Positions 27,240 to 36,057 of a DNA stretch of 64,000 nt are shown here, piece by piece. The translations under genes were made by a program, and so were the position numbers. Each line of letters begins with the position of its first letter. Within the stretch, counting starts at the first letter, position 1. The notes beneath the pieces were generated by a model that saw nothing but the letters and a program-made list of their open reading frames with translations, ran no database searches and had not been told where the DNA came from. The stretch spans positions 45,118 through 109,117 of the forward strand of contig JAGANG010000078.1 of the NCBI GenBank assembly GCA_017624275.1, read 5' to 3'. The stretch comes from Spirochaetales bacterium (GTDB lineage: Bacteria > Spirochaetota > GWE2-31-10).

Positions 27240-27870
27240 AGGAATTTTTTATTTTCTAAACCTTTGCAAGGTTTGGGGATTCGGCTTGCAGACTGCGATG
27301 GCTGTCGCCGGGTTCAGGGGCATATTGTCCACCTACGGCGGACGGCGGTGCTAAAGCTTTCTTCAAAGCTTTTTTAAACCACGTGGGTTTAAAGTTCCTT
27401 TTGCAGGCAAAGCCTGCCTCATAGCGTTTTTGTTGTTCAGAGAACAGTGGTGAGTTCACAGCGTGAACGAACGAAGTGTTTACGTCTGTAAACACCAAGT
27501 GAAACAACGAGGTTTTAAGGGGGGCTTTTCTTTTTTGCGATAAAAAGAAAAGTTCCCCTTTGACCCCTAAAAGAAAAGAACGCTCCTTTAGGTGAGTTCA
27601 TTTTCACTTTTTAATATCTCATGCGGTTGGTGCATTTCGACTACGCTCAATGACCGTTTTTCTTTTATTTTCTGGTTGGTGAGCCACGGTGAATGTACGT
27701 AGTACATGAACGAAATGTTTACTTTAGTAAACATCGAGCGTAAGCCACGGTGAGTTCGTAGAACGAACGGAGTATTTCCGATTAGGAAATACCGAGAGAA
27801 AGCTTGTCGAAGTAATCCGGAGTGACTTCTGTCATTCCGACTTGTTTCGGAATGTTTTTGCACTACTAAA
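27240..27870. repeat. mosaic repeat block, reverse-orientation copies
   Basis: Contains gtccacctacggcggac, gcaggcaaagcctgc, the inverted 85-bp element (27419..27503), the ggggggcttttctttttt/aaaaagaaaagttcccc hairpin and the direct about-200-bp unit (27628..27862). Confidence 0.8.
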
Positions 27871-27994
27871 AATAAAGATGATTGTTTCACGTGAAACATG
27901 AATATTTTTACATAAATTATTATTTAGTTGGAAAGTAATATTAAAAAATATATAATAGGGAATAAAATTAAAAGCACACTTTGGAGGGTTTTGA

Positions 27995-28333
27995 ATGAGT
28001 GAAGAATTAAGAACAGAGCGTAGAGTATCAGTGGAAATGGTTCCGGAAGATTTAAGAGAGTTTAATTTTTCTGCAGGATTATTTCATGAAAAACAAGCTG
28101 AGCTTGCAAATCTTAGTAAGGGCGGAATCAGCTTTTTAACGGATGATGTAGATAATCATTATGAAATAGGACAAAAGTTAAAAATTATGTTTTCTTCCAG
28201 AAAAATAAAGCTTTCTGGAAAAATTGTTTATGTTTATCGTGTAAATGATACAAAAATGAAAATCGGAATGTTTTTATCTCCGTCTGCCGAGTTAGATGAA
28301 ATAAAAGAAATTATTGATAATATATCAGAATAA
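27995..28333 (+). CDS. PilZ domain protein
   Basis: 112 aa with the c-di-GMP-binding PilZ motifs RTERR (RxxxR) and NLSKGGISF (D/NxSxGG). Confidence 0.7.
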   Translation: MSEELRTERRVSVEMVPEDLREFNFSAGLFHEKQAELANLSKGGISFLTDDVDNHYEIGQKLKIMFSSRKIKLSGKIVYVYRVNDTKMKIGMFLSPSAELDEIKEIIDNISE

Positions 28334-28345
28334 GTAAGGATAAAA

Positions 28346-29479
28346 ATGGAAGACAAACAGCCGGTTATCATTCCAGTAGCCAGTGGAAAGGGTGGAGTAG
28401 GTAAAACTCTTATTTCTGTTAATTTAGCGTATGCACTGGCAAATTTAGGAAAGAAAGTAATTCTAATGGATCTCGATTTCGGAGGGGCTAATATCCATAC
28501 ATGTATGGGATATTCTGTAGCTCCGGACGGAATAGGGAACTTTTTAAATCAGCGGAATTCTAAATTACCTAATTATATCCTTTCTACAGGGAATAAAAAT
28601 TTATCTTTTATTTCCGGTGATGCAGAAATGGTGGGAATTGCAAACATTACAGCTGCTCAAAAAAAGAAGTTGATTTCTCAAATATTTCATTTAGATGCGG
28701 ACTATATTATTTTAGATTTGGGTGCAGGTTCTTCTTATAATACGGTAGATTTTTTTATCTTGAGTTCGTGTGGGATTCTCGTTGCAATGCCGGAATTAAC
28801 TTCTATATTAAATGCATATTCGCTATTAAAAACTTCTGTTTTCAGAAGATTGTTTTTGGAGTTTAAGTCTATTCCGGAAATGAAAGATTTGTTTAATGAA
28901 CAAATTAAAAAAGGCGGCGAAGATGCGTGGAAAGTTTCAGAGCTTTTGCAAATGATAAAAAATGTTTCTCCGGCAACATTTTTAAAAGCTCGTTATTTTG
29001 TTAATGAAATGTCTCCTAAACTGATTATTAACATGGCGACATCTCCCTCAGATTTGGAAATGGGTGAGAAAATTCGCAAAATATCACATTCTTTTTTAAA
29101 TATAGACATGGAGTATTTAGGGTTCTTGTATAGAGATAAAAATGTTCATGATTCTATAAATAAGAGACAGCCCCTTGCTGTTTCTAATCCTACAAATCAG
29201 ACTTATCAATCGATAGCAAAAGTTGCGTATAAAATAGCATCTCTTAACAAACTTCAAAAATCATCTCACGACTATGAAGATTACGAGGAAATTCTTGATG
29301 AAATAACAGAAGATTTGCCGTCAAAGATTTCCGGTTATTCAGAATTAGCAGATGAGAATTTGATTTCTATTAATGATTTAGTGGCTCTTGTTACAAATCA
29401 GGAATATGAAAATCTTATGCTAAAAAAAGAAATAGAATCTTTGAAAAAGCAACTTTTGCAATATGGAAAAAAAGCTTAA
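28346..29479 (+). CDS. MinD/ParA-family P-loop ATPase
   Basis: 377 aa. Deviant Walker A ASGKGGVGKT, MinD/FlhG-like. Adjacent to the PilZ gene. Confidence 0.85.
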   Translation: MEDKQPVIIPVASGKGGVGKTLISVNLAYALANLGKKVILMDLDFGGANIHTCMGYSVAPDGIGNFLNQRNSKLPNYILSTGNKNLSFISGDAEMVGIANITAAQKKKLISQIFHLDADYIILDLGAGSSYNTVDFFILSSCGILVAMPELTSILNAYSLLKTSVFRRLFLEFKSIPEMKDLFNEQIKKGGEDAWKVSELLQMIKNVSPATFLKARYFVNEMSPKLIINMATSPSDLEMGEKIRKISHSFLNIDMEYLGFLYRDKNVHDSINKRQPLAVSNPTNQTYQSIAKVAYKIASLNKLQKSSHDYEDYEEILDEITEDLPSKISGYSELADENLISINDLVALVTNQEYENLMLKKEIESLKKQLLQYGKKA

Positions 29480-29967
29480 CAGAATTTATTTTTTATAGCT
29501 TGGTAAACATTAGGTGGAACTTTATTTGAAATATCTCCGCCTAGTGTTGCCAAGTCTTTTATTAAACTACTGCGTAAATAAAAATATTTCTGATCTGTAA
29601 GTATAAAAACTGTTTCGATATTATTAGATAATTCTCTGTTTGTCATTGCCATTTCGAATTCGTATTCGAAATCTACAAGCGGTCGAATACCTCTTATGAT
29701 AACGGTGATATTATTTTCTTTGCAATATTCTACTAATAATCCTTGATAAGATGCGATTTTGACTTTGTCCTCAAGGTGCATTTCAGCAATTGCTTCTTTT
29801 ATCATTTGGGTTCTTTCTTCAAGTGTAAAGTATGTATTTTTCGAAAGATTTTGAGCTAGAAGCACAGTTACGTTGCCAAACATGTTGGCGGCTCTTTGTA
29901 TGATATCTAAATGTCCGTATGTAAGAGGATCAAATGTGCCGGGATATACAACTTTTGTATTAGTCAT
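29476..29967 (-). CDS. coaD: phosphopantetheine adenylyltransferase
   Basis: 163 aa, VYPGTFDPLTYGHLDI nucleotidyltransferase motif. Confidence 0.9.
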   Translation of the reverse strand: MTNTKVVYPGTFDPLTYGHLDIIQRAANMFGNVTVLLAQNLSKNTYFTLEERTQMIKEAIAEMHLEDKVKIASYQGLLVEYCKENNITVIIRGIRPLVDFEYEFEMAMTNRELSNNIETVFILTDQKYFYLRSSLIKDLATLGGDISNKVPPNVYQAIKNKFC

Positions 29968-30012
29968 TTTCAGTTTCCTTATAAAAAAGTTGATAGATAA
30001 ATATTGTATTTA

Positions 30013-30050
30013 AAAGAAAAAGGCAACCAAAATCGGTTGCCTTTTTTAAC
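30013..30050. terminator. bidirectional rho-independent terminator
   Basis: ggcaacc-aaaatc-ggttgcc hairpin flanked by an A-run 5' and a T-run 3'. Lies between ctpA and coaD. Confidence 0.55.
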
Positions 30051-30063
30051 TATTTTGAATGGA

Positions 30064-31479
30064 TTATTTTTTTAATGAGTATTCACCTTTATTGCTTACA
30101 ATGGAGCCGTCAGTCAGTATTTCCATTGCTTTTTGTAATTGAATGTCGTATTCAAGGTCATAAATCGGAGCAGAACTATTTTCATAGTCTAAAGTATTTT
30201 TTAACAATCGACGCATCATTCTGTCGGTAAATACATATCCTTTTTCTTTGAGGTTGACCAAAAATGAATCAATGTCTTTATCTGTAGGGTTTTTATGTAT
30301 TTTGATAAATTCTTCGATAACTTTGTCTTTATAAATTTTCTTTAGACCTTCACGTTCTTCTTCATTCAATTCTGGTTCTTTTATTGTAATGTCCGGCTCT
30401 ATACCTACGCCGTGTATTGAAACGCCGGACGGAGTATAATATTTAGCTGTTGTCATTTTAAATCCGTCAGTACCGTCCGGTAAAAATTGAATGCTTTGAA
30501 CTGAACCTTTACCGAAAGATTTTTCGCCTACTAATATACCTCGTTTTGTATCTTTCAAAGCTCCGGAAACAATTTCTGATGCACTTGCAGAGCCGTTATC
30601 AATCAATACGACGATAGGAATATCTTTTGCGACAATGGTATTAAAAGAAGTTGCAGAATTAACAGTTTGTTCTTTTAATCTGCGGCCTTTTGTCGAAACT
30701 ATAGTTCCTTTGTCTTGGAAAAAGTCTACTATACTGATTGCAGAACTAAGTAATCCGCCCGGATTCATTCTTAAATCCATAATAATACCTTTTACTTTTT
30801 TTGATTTGAAATCAAGTAAAGCTTCTTTGACATGTTTGTCTGTAGTGCCGGAAAATTGTGTAATACGTAAGTATCCGATTTCGTTATTAATAACATCATG
30901 TTTGACTGTAGGCAAATCTATAATTGCACGAACTAATTCAACTTCATATTTTACTTCATCACGCAAAAATTCAATATTTGCACTTGTACCGGGAGCACCT
31001 TTTAACTTTTCCGCAGCATCAGAAACAGAAACGCCTTTTAAAGATTCGCCGTTTACTGAAATCAAAAGGTCTCCTGATTTCATTCCTTTTCTGTATGCCG
31101 GTGTTCCTTCTATAGGAGAAATAACACCAATGTAATCATCTTTTTCTGTGATAATCATTCCGACTCCGGCAAAAGTTCCGGTAGTCGTAGTTTGTAAATC
31201 TTTAACATCTTTTTCACTTAGATAAACAGTGTAGGGATCTCCTATTGCGTCTAACATGCCTTTTATAGCACCGTTGATCAATGTTTTATCATCAAGTTTA
31301 TCTGCATCTACATAGTCTGATTTGATTGCATTAAAAACACTGATAAATTTGTTCATAAACGGAAACGGTTGTTGACTGAATGTTGCCGTAGCGGCAGTAT
31401 TTACAAAAACAGTGAATGTACAAAATGCTAAAAGTACACAAACAGAACAAATCCAGAAAGTTCGTTCTCTTTTTTTCAT
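30064..31479 (-). CDS. ctpA: carboxyl-terminal processing protease (S41), PDZ domain
   Basis: 471 aa. Signal/TM N-terminus, PDZ domain, S41 catalytic region (GGLLSSA, ASASEI). Confidence 0.88.
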   Translation of the reverse strand: MKKRERTFWICSVCVLLAFCTFTVFVNTAATATFSQQPFPFMNKFISVFNAIKSDYVDADKLDDKTLINGAIKGMLDAIGDPYTVYLSEKDVKDLQTTTTGTFAGVGMIITEKDDYIGVISPIEGTPAYRKGMKSGDLLISVNGESLKGVSVSDAAEKLKGAPGTSANIEFLRDEVKYEVELVRAIIDLPTVKHDVINNEIGYLRITQFSGTTDKHVKEALLDFKSKKVKGIIMDLRMNPGGLLSSAISIVDFFQDKGTIVSTKGRRLKEQTVNSATSFNTIVAKDIPIVVLIDNGSASASEIVSGALKDTKRGILVGEKSFGKGSVQSIQFLPDGTDGFKMTTAKYYTPSGVSIHGVGIEPDITIKEPELNEEEREGLKKIYKDKVIEEFIKIHKNPTDKDIDSFLVNLKEKGYVFTDRMMRRLLKNTLDYENSSAPIYDLEYDIQLQKAMEILTDGSIVSNKGEYSLKK

Positions 31480-31521
31480 TAATAGCTCCTTAATATTTAA
31501 GTGGTAATTTGTTTTATTTTC

Positions 31522-31815
31522 TTATTTAAACCAATTTTCAATTTCGTCCATATTGTCGTTAATAGACTGTGTGAAATCTTTTAATTGAGACAACGTCATG
31601 GTAATCCCTTTTTTAGTAGGTTTAAATTCATCAGTGCTGTCTTTATAATATTTTCGAATGTCTACATATTTTTTATTCATGTAACTGCTCAATGAAATAA
31701 AAATAGGCTCTTTTGCCGGTGGGTCTGTATCAATTCCTATTTTTGCGATAATATTTGCTTCTTCAGACATAATTTCTTCCTTAATATAGTTATATTTTGG
31801 TATGATTTCTGACAT
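31522..31815 (-). CDS. PC4/YdbC-like single-stranded-DNA-binding protein
   Basis: 97 aa. YVDIRKYYKDSTDEFKPTKKGITMTLSQLKDF matches the PC4 (transcriptional coactivator p15) fold signature. Confidence 0.5.
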   Translation of the reverse strand: MSEIIPKYNYIKEEIMSEEANIIAKIGIDTDPPAKEPIFISLSSYMNKKYVDIRKYYKDSTDEFKPTKKGITMTLSQLKDFTQSINDNMDEIENWFK

Positions 31816-31911
31816 AATAACGAATTATTTCATTATAGTGAAGACAAAGCAGGATTTTTTTTTATCAATGTTTTTACCGACAATTTTGTTTGAAAGGAGA
31901 TTGTTTTTTTT

Positions 31912-33450
31912 ATGAAGAAATATTTTTTTAGTTTTATATTTTTGGCTCTTACGTTGTTATCAGCAACAGCAAATGAAGTACGTATTTTATTTTCTGGATC
32001 AACACTTGGTCATTCTTTAAAGTTTATCGATGATAACGGAGAAAATCAAGGTGGTTATCCGGCTCGTAAAACCTTAATCGATGATTTGCGAGAAAACGGT
32101 GAAAATAATATTGTACTTGTTGATACCGGAAATTTTGTCAGTGACTATTATATGTCAGCGATTACTAACCATGTTCCTGATTATACAGCAATGAATATGA
32201 TTGGTTATGATGTAATGGGATTGGGATTTAATGAAATAAACAGAGACTTTGCCAGTTATAATAACCTGAACAAGAAAACATCGTTTAAAAAAATAAATTG
32301 TAACGTAAAAACCTTGAAAGGAAAAAGAGTTGCAGAGCCATATTTTATAAAAGTAGTGAATGGCGTGAAAGTCGGATTTGTATCAGTACTTAATGAAAAT
32401 ATGTATTTGGCATTATCACGTGAAGCAAAAGACTCAATAACAATAGAAGATCCGATTGTGGCTCTTGAAAATGTATTGATGGAATTGGTAGGAAAAGCAG
32501 ATGTAATTGTGGCATTAACCAACTTAGATTATCATGCTGATTTAAAAACCGGTGCCGGGCTTTTAGCGTCAACATATCCGGATATTGATTTGATAATAGA
32601 AGGTTCATACGGAGCGAATAAAAATAAAATCTTTAATGTAAGCGGAACAAGAATTTATACTATTGAAAAAAACGGAATGTATTTAGGAGACGTAACATTT
32701 AAAGTTACAAAAGGTAAAGGTGACGAAAGAAATCGAATAGATATAGTCTCTGAACAATTTTATCCAATTAACGTTCATGTAAACGGCAGACTTGTTTCAG
32801 ACCATATATCTGAAGACAAAAAATTATTGCAACGTTTGGAAAAACTGACAGAAAAAGTAGAAAATAAATTGTCTGTTTCCGGTTCTAACGTAGCAACAAC
32901 AAATTTTTCATCTATCGGGAAAATGGATAATTTCACAAAATTGTGCTGTATTGCTACAGACGCACTTCGAGTAGAAACGGGAGCTGATGTGGCATTTTTA
33001 AATGCCGGGCTGTTTAAAGAAGTAGATTTATCAAAGGAAAAAAACTTGTCGTATACTTTTGCTTCTGACATATTGAAATATAATAACAACGCAGTTATCG
33101 TTAATTTACGTGGAGACGAAATAAAAAATATTATCGAATACTCGATGATTCGCCGTGGTTACGGACAATTTTTAATTTTCAGCGGAATGGAAGTAGAATA
33201 TTCTGTTAAGAAAAAGAAAGTTACTGATTTGCAAATTTATAAGAAAAAAGTTGTAGATGATAAAATTTATAAAATAGCAGTAAGTGATTTCCTTGCAAAC
33301 GGTGGCGATACTTATTACTTCTTTGAACGAGAAAAAAATAAGATTTACACATACAAACCGCTGGAAAATATAATTAATGATTATGTATCAAAAATAGGTA
33401 ATATCTCAAGTGACAGTGTTGATATGAAACGCTTAAAATTAGTAGATTAA
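31912..33450 (+). CDS. 5'-nucleotidase / metallophosphatase family lipoprotein
   Basis: 512 aa. Signal peptide, N-terminal calcineurin-like region and C-terminal 5'-nucleotidase substrate-binding domain (FLNAGLF..., GGD). Confidence 0.65.
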   Translation: MKKYFFSFIFLALTLLSATANEVRILFSGSTLGHSLKFIDDNGENQGGYPARKTLIDDLRENGENNIVLVDTGNFVSDYYMSAITNHVPDYTAMNMIGYDVMGLGFNEINRDFASYNNLNKKTSFKKINCNVKTLKGKRVAEPYFIKVVNGVKVGFVSVLNENMYLALSREAKDSITIEDPIVALENVLMELVGKADVIVALTNLDYHADLKTGAGLLASTYPDIDLIIEGSYGANKNKIFNVSGTRIYTIEKNGMYLGDVTFKVTKGKGDERNRIDIVSEQFYPINVHVNGRLVSDHISEDKKLLQRLEKLTEKVENKLSVSGSNVATTNFSSIGKMDNFTKLCCIATDALRVETGADVAFLNAGLFKEVDLSKEKNLSYTFASDILKYNNNAVIVNLRGDEIKNIIEYSMIRRGYGQFLIFSGMEVEYSVKKKKVTDLQIYKKKVVDDKIYKIAVSDFLANGGDTYYFFEREKNKIYTYKPLENIINDYVSKIGNISSDSVDMKRLKLVD

Positions 33451-33466
33451 TTTTTGGATTTGATAA

Positions 33467-33500
33467 AGGACTTTTACGACAAACAAAAGTCCTTTTTTTG
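33467..33500 (+). terminator. rho-independent terminator
   Basis: aggactttt-acgacaaac-aaaagtcct hairpin followed by a T7 run. Sits between the nucleotidase gene and the convergent XRE gene. Confidence 0.55.
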
Positions 33501-33512
33501 TATGGTATAAAC

Positions 33513-33827
33513 TTATAAATTCTTATCTATAAAATCTTCAATTTGAGCAATAAGCTGAGTTTTCAAAATTTCCTTTGTTCCCGAAACGGTTGTAGAAGCA
33601 TTCCGTAAAAAAAGGTCTGCCGGGTGAATATTCAAAGCCGTCGCAATTTTTTCAATCATCTCAAAAGACGGAAGTTGATTATATGATTCGATACAACCAA
33701 TTGTAGATGTAGCACAGTCGCAAAGTTCTGCGAGTTTTTCCTGTGAAATATGCTTTTCTTTCCTGTAGAATTTTAGGTTCTTAATAAAATCATCTTGAAA
33801 TTTCATACGTATTCTTATTTTAAGCAA
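33513..33827 (-). CDS. XRE-family helix-turn-helix transcriptional regulator
   Basis: 104 aa. HTH_3 ISQEKLAELCDCATSTIGCIE. Divergent from the 34221 operon. Confidence 0.8.
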   Translation of the reverse strand: MLKIRIRMKFQDDFIKNLKFYRKEKHISQEKLAELCDCATSTIGCIESYNQLPSFEMIEKIATALNIHPADLFLRNASTTVSGTKEILKTQLIAQIEDFIDKNL

Positions 33828-33959
33828 GAAAACTTGTATTTTTATTGCTTTAAACTAACAAAATATGCAATAATGTTGGTTGAAACAATATTTCTTAGCC
33901 ATTTATTGTTTTCACAAATAAAAACCGGAGTGCTGAAAAAAATCTGCAAAAATTTTTTT

Positions 33960-34155
33960 GGTCTAGCCGTATATCAGAGACCAGTTATGTTACGGTGAGT
34001 GAAATATAGGTTGCTGATAATGATTGTTGTTTACATTCACTTTCGGAATTTTCTTTATGGAAAATCCTATCGTTCATGTAAACGGTTTCGTTTTCGACTT
34101 TCTGAAGAAAGTCTGCAAATCGAAACCAGAGACCAGTTATGCTACGGTGAGTAGA
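33960..34155 (+). promoter_or_regulatory. two 26-nt direct repeats in the 5' leader of the 34221 operon
   Basis: tctgcaaa...cagagaccagttatgttacggtgagt (33975..34003) and tctgcaaa...cagagaccagttatgctacggtgagt (34123..34152), one mismatch. They lie between the XRE gene and the operon. Confidence 0.5.
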
Positions 34156-34220
34156 TTGCAAAAGGGAAAATCTTTCCGGTAAGGAAAGAAGAAATAAATA
34201 ATAATTTTAAGGAGAAAAAA

Positions 34221-34541
34221 ATGATTCCATTAATTCCATTACTAATAGGTGGAGGACTTATAGCGTGGGCTATAATAACTATTTCAAAACTAATAAACAT
34301 TATAAAGGGAAGATTTCAGAATGCGGCTTATGTGGAAGTAATTTCAAATAAGATAAAATCTAGTCTTGATAATGGGAATGCCAATGTTGTCAGTGTATTA
34401 AAAGTCAAAGCTTATGATTGTGACGGTAATAAACTGGGAAAAGACAAAATAGAAGGAAAATTTGATGAAGAGGTTCGAGATTTAAGAAAGGGAGAGATTC
34501 TTGATTTAGAAGATGGAGAAGTTTATACATATGAAAATTGA
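34221..34541 (+). CDS. small membrane protein (N-terminal TM helix) with LDNGNxNV motif shared with downstream paralogs
   Basis: 106 aa. RBS aaggag. Stop overlaps the start of the AAA+ ATPase gene (translational coupling). Confidence 0.55.
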   Translation: MIPLIPLLIGGGLIAWAIITISKLINIIKGRFQNAAYVEVISNKIKSSLDNGNANVVSVLKVKAYDCDGNKLGKDKIEGKFDEEVRDLRKGEILDLEDGEVYTYEN

Positions 34542-35895
34542 TGAAAATATTGTCTTTTTTCCAGACGGTAGCATTGATGAATTATTTGAAAAGTTTAGAG
34601 ATGATTTGGAAGTTGCATTAAACAAGGCAGAAAAAATCTGTTCAAAAATTCATGTTTATCTAATTAAAAATTATCTTAATTATTTTCCAAACTCAGATCA
34701 GGATATTGTTTTTAAATATTTTGATTCTTCCCGATTTTCCGGAGAAGATGAAGATATTGTTCATAATTTTATAAAAGAAATGAATAATATAAATGAAAGG
34801 TGGAAAATGGGAAACAATGGTCTTAAAAAACATAATCTAAAGATTATCGTTTTCTTTAATTTTCCCAATAAAGAAGCAATAGAAGATTATCTGTTCGGAA
34901 AAAATAGTCCTAAAAACGATAACGGAACTCCGACTTTAAATATTTTACCTTTAGAACCTAAATACAATTTTAATCAAATGGTTCTAAATGAAAGTGTTAA
35001 ATCTTCCTTGGAAAGTTGTAGCACGATGATAAAAAATATGGACAAGATTTATAAAGAATGGGGATTTGAAGAAATCGACCCGGTTCAAAAATCTGTTCTA
35101 AACTTTTTCGGTCCTCCTGGAACGGGAAAAACCATGGCAGCCCATGCAATAGCAGCGGAGCTGGGCAGAAAGATTCTTGCGGTAAATTATGCAGAAATTG
35201 AATCAAAATTTGTCGGTGAGGCACCAAAAAATTTAATTTCAGCATTTGAAATAGCAAAGAAAGAATCATGTGTTTTATTTTTTGATGAGGCAGATTCATT
35301 CCTTGGAAAAAGAATTACAAGTGTAAGCTCCAGCAGTGACCAAGCAGTAAACTCACTCCGAAGTCAGATGTTAATCCTTTTGGAAACATTCGACATCACT
35401 GTAATATTTGCTACCAACCTAAATGAAAACTACGACAAAGCTTTTGACAGTCGAATTTTGTGCAGTATAAAATTCGAATTACCTGACAGAGAATTGCGTA
35501 AACAATCTATTGCAAAAATGATTCCCTCAAAAGCTCCTATCAACAGAGAAATTCTTACAGATGAACTTTTGTATAAATTAAGCGATTTAACAGAAGGATT
35601 CTCACATCGAGAGTTAAAAAATGTTGCTTTGATGGTACTGACTGAATGCTGTAAGAAAGATTCTCAAATCACTGAAGAATTGCTTGTAGATGTATTTACT
35701 CGCAAAAAAGAAGAGTTTGAGGAACGAAAAAACAAGGAGGGAAAGAGAAAAGAAGAACTCGGTAATAAGATTACTGAAAAGCTTAAAAGCGGTGACTACA
35801 ATGTTAGTAAATCAGCAGCTTCAGAATCTACTGATAATTCGGAATCTCAAGCAAATAGTAACGAGGAAAAGACTGAAGATAAAAAGGAGAAATAA
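34513..35895 (+). CDS. AAA+ ATPase with novel about-190-aa N-terminal domain
   Basis: 460 aa. Walker A GPPGTGKT, Walker B VLFFDEAD, sensor-1 ATN, Arg finger DSR. Lys/Glu-rich C-terminal tail. Alternative ATG at 34531. Confidence 0.85.
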   Translation: MEKFIHMKIDENIVFFPDGSIDELFEKFRDDLEVALNKAEKICSKIHVYLIKNYLNYFPNSDQDIVFKYFDSSRFSGEDEDIVHNFIKEMNNINERWKMGNNGLKKHNLKIIVFFNFPNKEAIEDYLFGKNSPKNDNGTPTLNILPLEPKYNFNQMVLNESVKSSLESCSTMIKNMDKIYKEWGFEEIDPVQKSVLNFFGPPGTGKTMAAHAIAAELGRKILAVNYAEIESKFVGEAPKNLISAFEIAKKESCVLFFDEADSFLGKRITSVSSSSDQAVNSLRSQMLILLETFDITVIFATNLNENYDKAFDSRILCSIKFELPDRELRKQSIAKMIPSKAPINREILTDELLYKLSDLTEGFSHRELKNVALMVLTECCKKDSQITEELLVDVFTRKKEEFEERKNKEGKRKEELGNKITEKLKSGDYNVSKSAASESTDNSESQANSNEEKTEDKKEK

Positions 35896-36057
35896 TAGGG
35901 AAATATATTTGAAGATATAGGAAAGTCTTTTCTTTATTTTTGGGATTTAAGGAGACAAGAAAAAAATAAGTGTAGATGATGTTAAGGTGATTCGTGTTTT
36001 TGGTAAAAAAGATGAAAATTACGATTATGAAGACAAATTAAATAAAGGAGATAAAAA

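Noticed and set aside
27045-27377. 110-aa ORF overlapping the PIN gene in another frame
   Set aside because: The alternative frame carries clear PIN-domain motifs (LDTH, DPFDRLL), so this ORF is spurious.
18060-27900. CRISPR array as an explanation for the repeats
   Set aside because: The repeats are of several unrelated families, have irregular spacing and lengths, occur in both orientations, and the intervening sequences are themselves repeats. This does not fit a repeat-spacer architecture, and no cas genes are present.
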